Origin: Nitrospinota bacterium
GTDB taxonomy: Bacteria; UBA8248
Direction: 5' to 3'
Assembly: GCA_030754595.1 (NCBI GenBank)
Contig: JASLZZ010000084.1
Coordinates: forward strand, 12,578 to 76,577
DNA: 64,000 bases
Part shown: piece by piece, positions 57,364 to 64,000 of the stretch
Position numbering within the stretch: the first letter of the stretch is position 1
How the letters are laid out: every line of letters starts with the position of its first letter
Notes under the pieces: model-generated
The model's input: only the letters and a program-made list of their open reading frames with translations
Databases searched by the model: none
What the model was told of the DNA's origin: nothing
Position numbers and translations under genes: made by a program

Positions 57364-57828
57364 CTATTTTTTCACTTCCCCGGCGGCCGCCTGAATCGCG
57401 TCCACGATGTGCTGATATCCCGTGCACCGGCAGATGTTGCCATCGATGCCGCGGCGAATTTCCTCCTCGGAAGGGTCGGGGTTCCGCTCGAGCAGTTGAT
57501 AGGCGGTGAGGATCATCCCCGGTGTGCAGAAGCCGCACTGCAGTCCGTGTTTTTCCCAGAACTGTTCCTGGATGGGATGGAGTTTCCCTTCCCCGGCGAG
57601 GCCTTCGATGGTCGTCACCTCGCAGCTGTTGGCCTGGACGGCGAGGACGGTGCAGCTCTTCACGGCCTGGCCGTCCAGGAGCACGGTGCAGGCGCCGCAG
57701 ACCGAGGTTTCGCAGGCCACGTGCGCGCCGGTCAGCCTGGCGTGATCGCGCAGCAGGTGGACCAGCAGGGTCCTCGGCTCGACCTCGAAGGATTGCACTT
57801 CGCCGTTGATGCTCAGTGAAATTTTCAC
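57364..57828 (-). CDS. CoxS-like (2Fe-2S)-binding small subunit of a molybdenum hydroxylase
   Basis: CETSVCGACTV...SC, TIEG, QCGFCTPG, GNICRCTGY. Confidence 0.93.
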   Translation of the reverse strand: MKISLSINGEVQSFEVEPRTLLVHLLRDHARLTGAHVACETSVCGACTVLLDGQAVKSCTVLAVQANSCEVTTIEGLAGEGKLHPIQEQFWEKHGLQCGFCTPGMILTAYQLLERNPDPSEEEIRRGIDGNICRCTGYQHIVDAIQAAAGEVKK

Positions 57829-58249
57829 TCGCTGTCTCCCGGAAGGCGGCGGCCCTGACCGAAGGGAAAAACCTCACCACCACCCCGAATTCCCCTACGG
57901 CACAGTAGGCGGCCAGTCCGCTTTCTTTAATATATCCGATAGGGGAAGTATCGGAAGGAAGGGTGGGAGATGTCAAGACAAAAGGGTGAGCCGGCGGGCG
58001 GGGAGCCGAAATCCCTGTGCGGATCGCCCCCGGTGTGGATAGGGTGTAATATGGATTTGCTGAGATACATTTCATTTTCTGCAGAATTTAAGATGGCCTA
58101 TTCCGGTCAGGCCACGCCCGAGGTTTTTCCGGGCTTGGGCGCAGGCGTCGCTCGGTCAATTCATGAAAATGTTTCGCGAGGCGTGTCGATTGAAAGTGTG
58201 AAGGATTTTCTAGTTTTCTCAACGAACTGATAGAAAGGGGAAATCATCA

Positions 58250-59521
58250 ATGTCCAGACCTTATTACAATCCGAATCCGGTCAGGGGCGGGGGGCCGGAG
58301 GCTTATATCGGCGTCGATCATCCGCTCACCGAGCCCTGGCCCGAGGAGAGCCGCAACGTCCGGCTGGTCGCCCACTCCGACCTGAACGGGTGGGGCGACG
58401 CGTTTCAGATCCAGGTGGGCGGCGGGCTCTGCTATGTGGCGGCCTCCGGGGTGAACGGCCACGACGGCATGACGATTCTCGACGTGAAGGACCCGGCGAA
58501 TCCGAAGATCCTTAACCAGATAGTGGACAGCCCCGCCGCCCGTACGCACAAGGTGCTCCGGATCAACGACGAGGTTCTCATAACGAACAGCGAGATCAGG
58601 CCCAGTTTCAAGGACGAACCCGAGGTCGTCGGCGGGTTGCGCATCTTCGACAACACCGACCCCATGCACCCCAAATTCATCAACTATGTCGAGGTGGACG
58701 GGTTCGGCATCCACCGCCCGATCTACGACCGCAAGAGAAAGTTGATGTATAGCTCGGGGTTCAGGGATGGCTACGAGGGAAAGGTGCTCCTCGTCCACGA
58801 CATGAAGGACCCCTGGGCGCCCGAGTTCATCGGTCTCGGCTGGCTCGAGGGCCAGAAGGATGGCGAGTCGCCCAGCTGGGACCCCGAGATCGTCGGAGAC
58901 GGCGCCTGGATTCACGAGGGAAACCCCTTCGGCAACTATGTCACCTGCGGCTACTGGGACAGCGGCATCGTGATGTTCGACCTCACCGACCCCGCCAAGC
59001 CCGAGTTCATGTGGCGCCAGAACCCGCACGAGACCCACGGCTGGCCGGGATGCTATCACAGCTTCCTCGTCCCGGACGGCTCGGAGTTCGCCATCGTGAC
59101 GCACGAGACGACGACGGTGAACTGCGACCATCCGCCCGCCTTCGTGACTTTCTACGACATGCGGAACATCAACAATCCGATTCCGGTAAGCACCTTCATG
59201 CCCCATGAAACCGATCCCATCGAGATGCGTCCCGTCGACAAGAAATGGTCCCAGACGGGTTCGCGCTACGGGGCGCACAACGTCTGGCTCGACATGACCA
59301 AGGACGATCTGATGTACATCTGCTGGTTCAACGCCGGGCTGCGGATCGTGGACTGGTCGAATCCCTTCAGTCCCAAGGAGGTGGGCTACTACATTCCGGA
59401 GGGAACGAAGGAGCGCTGCTGCCCCCAGAGCAACGATGTCCAGGTCGATAAGGACACCGGCCTGATCTACGTCGCCGACCGCTGGGGTCTCGGCCTCCAC
59501 ATCCTCGAATATACGGGTTAG
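58250..59521 (+). CDS. LVIVD-repeat beta-propeller protein
   Basis: Repeats ILDVKDPANP, IFDNTDPMHP, VHDMKDPWAP, MFDLTDPAKP, FYDMRNINNP, IVDWSNPFSP. Good RBS. Confidence 0.88.
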   Translation: MSRPYYNPNPVRGGGPEAYIGVDHPLTEPWPEESRNVRLVAHSDLNGWGDAFQIQVGGGLCYVAASGVNGHDGMTILDVKDPANPKILNQIVDSPAARTHKVLRINDEVLITNSEIRPSFKDEPEVVGGLRIFDNTDPMHPKFINYVEVDGFGIHRPIYDRKRKLMYSSGFRDGYEGKVLLVHDMKDPWAPEFIGLGWLEGQKDGESPSWDPEIVGDGAWIHEGNPFGNYVTCGYWDSGIVMFDLTDPAKPEFMWRQNPHETHGWPGCYHSFLVPDGSEFAIVTHETTTVNCDHPPAFVTFYDMRNINNPIPVSTFMPHETDPIEMRPVDKKWSQTGSRYGAHNVWLDMTKDDLMYICWFNAGLRIVDWSNPFSPKEVGYYIPEGTKERCCPQSNDVQVDKDTGLIYVADRWGLGLHILEYTG

Positions 59522-59549
59522 CTTTTGGAGCCCACCCGGGCGAATTCGG

Positions 59550-59593
59550 AAACCCGCGCCGCCGCGATTTTTGTCACGCCGGCGCGGGTTTTT
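59550..59593 (+). terminator. Probable intrinsic terminator / stem-loop
   Basis: AAACCCGCGCCG...CGGCGCGGGTTT inverted repeat ending in a short T-run after the LVIVD gene. Confidence 0.55.
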
Positions 59594-60146
59594 CGCTTCA
59601 GGAGGCCGGGTGGTTTTTTTGAGCTTGGACATTGACGGCAGGTCCGGCCGTTCGCGATGAAAACGGCCTTGGATTTCCCGGAGGGATTTTCAGGGCGGGT
59701 AATTGCTTCAATTTGGAATTATACTGACGGCGGATCCAAGAGCGGTGGACCTCCGAGGGGTGGACCCCCGAGTCGGGGGTCCCCACCCACCACCCGCCCC
59801 GAAACCTCCGGTGATCAGGAGTGCCTTGAGAGATGCAATCGAGCCGGCTGTGCGGCAATGAGGCTTTTGACGGCTTTCGGAGCAGGTGGGTGTTCCCCGA
59901 TTCCAGGTCTGGAAATGTAGATCAAGGTGACAGCCGCCGGTTGCAACCTTCCCCCAATTTCGTTTATATGGTTCCCGATTCCGATATTTTAAGGCGGCAC
60001 CACTATACGGGGCATCCCGGAGGGGCCTCCGTTACAGGACGTTGCCGGGCCGCGGGGGTATCCCGGTGAGTTATAGCGACAATTCAAGGAACCGGATAGC
60101 CGCCCCCTCGCCCAAGGAAAGTCAAACATCCATTTAGGAATCTTTC

Positions 60147-60728
60147 ATGGAAGAAGAAAGAACATCTGACATACCAAACCGCTCGCTCATCATCATGGCT
60201 CTGGCGGTGGGAGGGTTTTTCACCCTCGGCGCGCTGACCTTATTCGCCAAGATGCCAAGCCTCATCGCCCAGGGAGGAATTCCCGAAGCCCAAACGGACT
60301 TCCTGAGACTTTCGCCGGTCTTTTTTCCCCGACTGGCATTCGCCATTCTCGCCGGGCTCTCATTGACCTATTTCATCGGCTCCGTCCGCCTCCTCAACCT
60401 TGCCGAGGACGGAAAGTTATTCGATGATTCGGGAGCGTTACAGCGAATCCTGTCTTTGTATTCTATCGCAGTCGTTTATCCTTTCCTCCTTCCCCCGCTC
60501 GGCTATGCGGTCTCCACCGCTCTCCTGATGGGGGGGATGACCCTGTTTCTGGGGACCCGGGTCTGGTGGCAGGTTTTGTCCTTTGCGGTCCTCACGCCAG
60601 TGGCGATTCGATTCGTTTTTGAGCGCCTGTTGTCCATATCGCTGCCAAGATCCGGCTACTCCCTGATCGCCGACGCCGAAGAGGGCCTGATGAAGATTCT
60701 TGTGAGCATTTTTTTGGGATGGAAATAA
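60147..60728 (+). CDS. tctB: Tripartite tricarboxylate transporter TctB
   Basis: Four to five TM segments, P.FFP, LG...ST and F...L...LP motifs; 3 bp upstream of tctA. Confidence 0.82.
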   Translation: MEEERTSDIPNRSLIIMALAVGGFFTLGALTLFAKMPSLIAQGGIPEAQTDFLRLSPVFFPRLAFAILAGLSLTYFIGSVRLLNLAEDGKLFDDSGALQRILSLYSIAVVYPFLLPPLGYAVSTALLMGGMTLFLGTRVWWQVLSFAVLTPVAIRFVFERLLSISLPRSGYSLIADAEEGLMKILVSIFLGWK

Positions 60729-60731
60729 TAA

Positions 60732-62237
60732 ATGATTGAAGCTTTTTTTCAGGGATTTTCTCTCCTTGTCCGGGTAGACACCTATATATATATTTGCCTC
60801 GGGCTTGCGGTGGGCATGTTTGTCGGCGCGATGCCGGGGCTGACGACTACCCTGACCATGGCTATTCTGCTTCCGGTCTCCTTTAAACTGGAGCCCATGC
60901 TCGGCATCCCGTTTCTTATCGGCATCTACAAGGGGGGCATCTACGGCGGGAGCATCTCGGCCATTCTGGTGGGCATTCCGGGAACAGGCGCCTCCATCGC
61001 CACCACATTCGACGGCCCCGCTCTCACCCGAAAAGGGCAGGGGCGCAAAGCCCTCGAAATGGCGCTTTACGCCTCGGTCACCGGCGACACCTTGTCGGAT
61101 ATTTTCACTCTGTCCATGATCGGGCCCATTGCCCTGGTCGTCCTGATGGTCGGCCCCCCCGAAGTGTTCGCCATCATCATCTTCTCGCTCGTCCTCATCG
61201 CGAGCGTATCGAGCGAATCGGGTCTCAAGGGCGCCATCGCCGCCTGCATCGGGCTGGGTCTGGGCCTGATCGGCACCGACGCCGCCACCGGCGCGACAAG
61301 ATTGACGTTCGGGCTGGAGATTCTCTCGGCTGGCATTCCGATCATTCCGCTGGTCATCGGCATTTTCGCGGTGCCAGAGGTGCTGGAAGCCGTCCAGTCG
61401 CGCGCGCCGCGGTTCATCGACGAGCACATCGACCTCTCCAGGACGGGCGAACGCCTCAGGTGGCCCGAGTTCAAGCGATCAATCCGCACCATTCTCAGAT
61501 CGACAGTCATCGGCACCGGAATCGGGATGGTGCCCGGCGTGGGCCAGGTTGTCGCCGCCTTCATCAGCTACAGCGCCGCCAAGCGGGCCTCGGACGATCC
61601 GGACAGCTACGGCAAGGGCAATCTCGACGGAATCGCCGCCCCCGAGGCCGCCAACAACGCGGTCAACGGCCCCACCCTGGTGCCATTGCTCACGCTCGGC
61701 ATCCCCGGCGACAACATCACGGCCATCCTCCTGGGAGCTTTCGTGGCGCACGGTATGCGCCCCGGCCCCGCGATCTTCGAGGAACAGGGACCTCTGATGT
61801 ACGCCCTTCTCCTGACCATCGTCTTCGCCAACATTCTGTTCCTGTTCCTAGGCTATGTTCTGCTCAAGCCTTTCGCCTATGCGATTCAGGCCAAGAAAGC
61901 CTACCTTGTTCCGATCATCCTGGGGCTGGCGTTCGTGGGCACCCTTTCGACGGGGGTTTATACCGACGTCATGATCATGATAGTCGTCGGGATATGCTCC
62001 TTTATTCTCCGAAAGCTCAGATTCGATCTCGCTCCACTCGTTATTGCTTTCGTACTCTCGGAGCCCATCGAATACCGTTTGGCGCAGACCATGCTCTACG
62101 CGAAAGGGTCGCTCTTCCACTACGTGTTCGTGCAGCGGCCCGTCGCTTCATTGTTCCTGAGCGCAGCTATCATCTGGACAGGCTATTTGGTCATTCGCCC
62201 CTGGCTGAACAACCGAAAACAACTACAAGGGGCTTAG
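60732..62237 (+). CDS. tctA: Tripartite tricarboxylate transporter TctA
   Basis: GAMPGL, YGGSISAIL.GIPG, APEAANNA, PLLTLGIPG, G..PGP. Confidence 0.95.
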   Translation: MIEAFFQGFSLLVRVDTYIYICLGLAVGMFVGAMPGLTTTLTMAILLPVSFKLEPMLGIPFLIGIYKGGIYGGSISAILVGIPGTGASIATTFDGPALTRKGQGRKALEMALYASVTGDTLSDIFTLSMIGPIALVVLMVGPPEVFAIIIFSLVLIASVSSESGLKGAIAACIGLGLGLIGTDAATGATRLTFGLEILSAGIPIIPLVIGIFAVPEVLEAVQSRAPRFIDEHIDLSRTGERLRWPEFKRSIRTILRSTVIGTGIGMVPGVGQVVAAFISYSAAKRASDDPDSYGKGNLDGIAAPEAANNAVNGPTLVPLLTLGIPGDNITAILLGAFVAHGMRPGPAIFEEQGPLMYALLLTIVFANILFLFLGYVLLKPFAYAIQAKKAYLVPIILGLAFVGTLSTGVYTDVMIMIVVGICSFILRKLRFDLAPLVIAFVLSEPIEYRLAQTMLYAKGSLFHYVFVQRPVASLFLSAAIIWTGYLVIRPWLNNRKQLQGA

Positions 62238-62268
62238 GCAACACCACCGTAAAAAAGGAGGAACCATC

Positions 62269-63249
62269 ATGAAGCGCAGAATCATAGTTCTCATGGCTGC
62301 ACTGGCGATCCTCGTTTCGCCGATGATGAATACCGGCGCCTCGGCGGCGGCGTATCCCGATCGTCCCATCGTCGTCGTGATTCCCTTCAGCGCCGGGGGG
62401 AGCCACGACCTTCACGCGCGCGGCATCACCAGCATCATGGCCGACATCATCGGCCAGCCCATGATCGTCAAACTCCTGCCGGGCGGAGCCGGAATGAAGG
62501 CCACCAGCTTTGTCGCCAAGTCCAAGGCGGACGGCTACACCCTTCTCTTCACCCACAACGGCATCGACATGATCGTGCCCCAGACCCGGAAGGTTCCCGT
62601 CAATACACAGACAGCCTTCAAGACCGTTTGGAAGATCAACCACTCCGACGGCATGCTCGCCGTCAACGCCAAATCGCCTTTCAAGACCTTCCAGGACATG
62701 GTCGCCGCCGCGAAGAAAAGCCCCGGAACGCTCAACTGGGGCCACAGCGGTGTTTGGGGAAGTTCCTATACGAGTTCGGTGCAAATCTTCAAGGCCTTCG
62801 GCATCAAGGTGAATCTCATCCCGCATAAGGGCGGCGGCCCGCTGCTGCGCGCCACGATCGCCGGGCGGCTCGACGTCGGCTCGTGCCAGACGACGCAGTG
62901 CCGGTCGGTATACAAGGCCGGAAAAGTGCGTCCCCTCGTCGTCATGGGCCCGGACCGCTACAAGAACGACCCAGACTTCGGGAACGTTCCCTCCCTCGGC
63001 GAGTTGGGGCATCCGGAAGCGGGATTCCGGATGGACCGAATTTTCATGGCTCCCTCGGGAATCTCTGGCAAACGGATGAAATACCTGCAGGAATCGTTCG
63101 CCAAGCTGATGAAGCATAAGTCCTTCAAGCGCTTCATGCGCAGCATCGGAATGCCCATAAACAGCATGAGCGGAACGGATTACGACAAAACCCGGCCCGG
63201 CAGGTACAAGGGCTACACCAAACTCATCAAGTCTTTAACGGGTAAATAA
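62269..63249 (+). CDS. tctC: Tripartite tricarboxylate transporter substrate-binding protein TctC (Bug family)
   Basis: Signal peptide, YPDRPI..VIPFSAGGS.D..AR, PGG.G, ADGYTL, P.KGGG, VP.L.ELG. Confidence 0.93.
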   Translation: MKRRIIVLMAALAILVSPMMNTGASAAAYPDRPIVVVIPFSAGGSHDLHARGITSIMADIIGQPMIVKLLPGGAGMKATSFVAKSKADGYTLLFTHNGIDMIVPQTRKVPVNTQTAFKTVWKINHSDGMLAVNAKSPFKTFQDMVAAAKKSPGTLNWGHSGVWGSSYTSSVQIFKAFGIKVNLIPHKGGGPLLRATIAGRLDVGSCQTTQCRSVYKAGKVRPLVVMGPDRYKNDPDFGNVPSLGELGHPEAGFRMDRIFMAPSGISGKRMKYLQESFAKLMKHKSFKRFMRSIGMPINSMSGTDYDKTRPGRYKGYTKLIKSLTGK

Positions 63250-63271
63250 AAGCCCGAATCTGTTGAAAATC

Positions 63272-63318
63272 AGGCTCCCGGCTCATATTCATGATATGGG
63301 CCGGGAGCCTTTTTTTTT
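63272..63318 (+). terminator. Rho-independent terminator
   Basis: AGGCTCCCGGCTCATAT...ATATGGGCCGGGAGCCT stem followed by a long T-run after tctC. Confidence 0.88.
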
Positions 63319-63573
63319 GGGCTGAAGTTGAATGCCATATTCCCTTTTGCCGGGCGCGGCGGGCAACGCTCGCCGGACGCAGCCTGCCGGGCGCCGCACG
63401 GCGCTCCCGGCTTCGGCAAAAATCCTCCCTCATCCCCTCCCGCGGCGCGAGAATTTCAAACCGGGCGGCGATGGGGCATTCTCGGCGAAGGCCCGGCCGG
63501 GGGAGCGGGCGGGCGCCTGGCGCGGCTTCAGGATTTTGACGCGGAATTTTTTTATGTGGGGACAATAAATCTC

Positions 63574-63783
63574 ATGTGGGAGCTTGCCATCGTAACCGAC
63601 GAGGTGGATGACGACCTGGAGGTGGCCCTGCGATACGCGAAGGAGTGGGGGATGAGGCGCGTCGAATTTCGGACGCTCTTCGGAAAGGGGGCCTGGAACC
63701 TGGCCGCGTTCGAGCAAAACGAGGCGCTCGCCATGGTGCGCGGAGAGGGCTTCGAGGTTGCCGGCATCGGCTCGCAGTTCCTG
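63574..63783 (+). pseudogene. 5' fragment of a sugar-phosphate isomerase/epimerase (xylose isomerase-like TIM barrel)
   Basis: L...TDE..DD.E.AL..A...G...VE.R...G...V..IGS.F; the sequence then switches to antisense istA. Confidence 0.7.
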
Positions 63784-64000
63784 AGGATCTCGTCGATGAT
63801 GCCGGTGAAGGGGTCAAGCTTGGGACGGGAGCGGGGATGGCTACGCTGGTAGCCGGGCGGCACTGAATAACGCAGCATCTTGCGAACCGTGGAACGGTGC
63901 AGTCCGAAAACTCGCGCCGCCTCGCGGATGCTCTTCCCCTCCACGTGACAGGCATACCGAACGCGTGCGTACAGGTCCACTTTGTACATTCCCCCCGCCT
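63784..64000 (-). mobile_element. istA: IS21-family element fragment: N-terminal ~69 codons of IstA (ATG 63989), truncated
   Basis: MYKVDLYARVRYACHVEGKSIREAARVFGLHRSTVRKML.YSVPPGY.R..P..RPKLDPFTGIIDEIL is the IS21 IstA HTH N-terminus; the DDE domain and istB are absent. Confidence 0.88.

Noticed and set aside
57364..57828. Functional aerobic CO dehydrogenase
   Set aside because: The large subunit is truncated before any active-site motif and no medium subunit is in the window.
60147..63249. tctBAC as the sulfolactate transporter (SlcHFG-like) for the suy/com genes
   Set aside because: It lies about 58 kb away and substrate cannot be read from the sequence by eye; possible but unsupported.

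Overview
GC-rich bacterial window packed with accessory catabolic and cell-envelope genes. I saw no rRNA, tRNA or CRISPR array. From left to right: an organosulfonate module (suyBA-like genes divergent from comDE, with an Xsc-like ThDP enzyme at 44-46 kb); a frameshifted haloalkane dehalogenase; SDR, 2-hydroxyacid dehydrogenase, amidase, CoA ligase, ALS and M20 genes; and a 12-25 kb island with three paralogous DHPON-hydrolase-like enzymes, Dpp-type transporter parts, an FAH-family enzyme, orphan E1 alpha/beta genes and a metal-free M24 enzyme. A 26-34 kb operon couples a UGSC selenoprotein (in-frame UGA plus SECIS-like hairpin, split by the ORF track) to divergent succinate-dehydrogenase-like and class I fumarase-like enzymes and a carbamoylase. 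Further right are acyl-CoA dehydrogenases and scattered housekeeping-type genes, a second hidden selenoprotein (AhpD/CMD-like, CxxU), a disrupted HDOD gene, and an operon of two epimerases, DUF5989/SxtK, SxtJ, an O-carbamoyltransferase and a membrane SGNH protein. The window ends with a broken coxS/coxL locus, an LVIVD propeller protein, tctBAC and a truncated IS21 istA fused to a truncated isomerase. The two best candidates for undescribed systems are: (1) a DltX/DltD-like relay for carbamoylating envelope polymers without an MBOAT, since the microprotein ends in FVYTLF; (2) the GrdB/PrdB-like selenoprotein operon with a remodelled Sdh/fumarase pair. All family calls come from motif recognition by eye, not from database searches.
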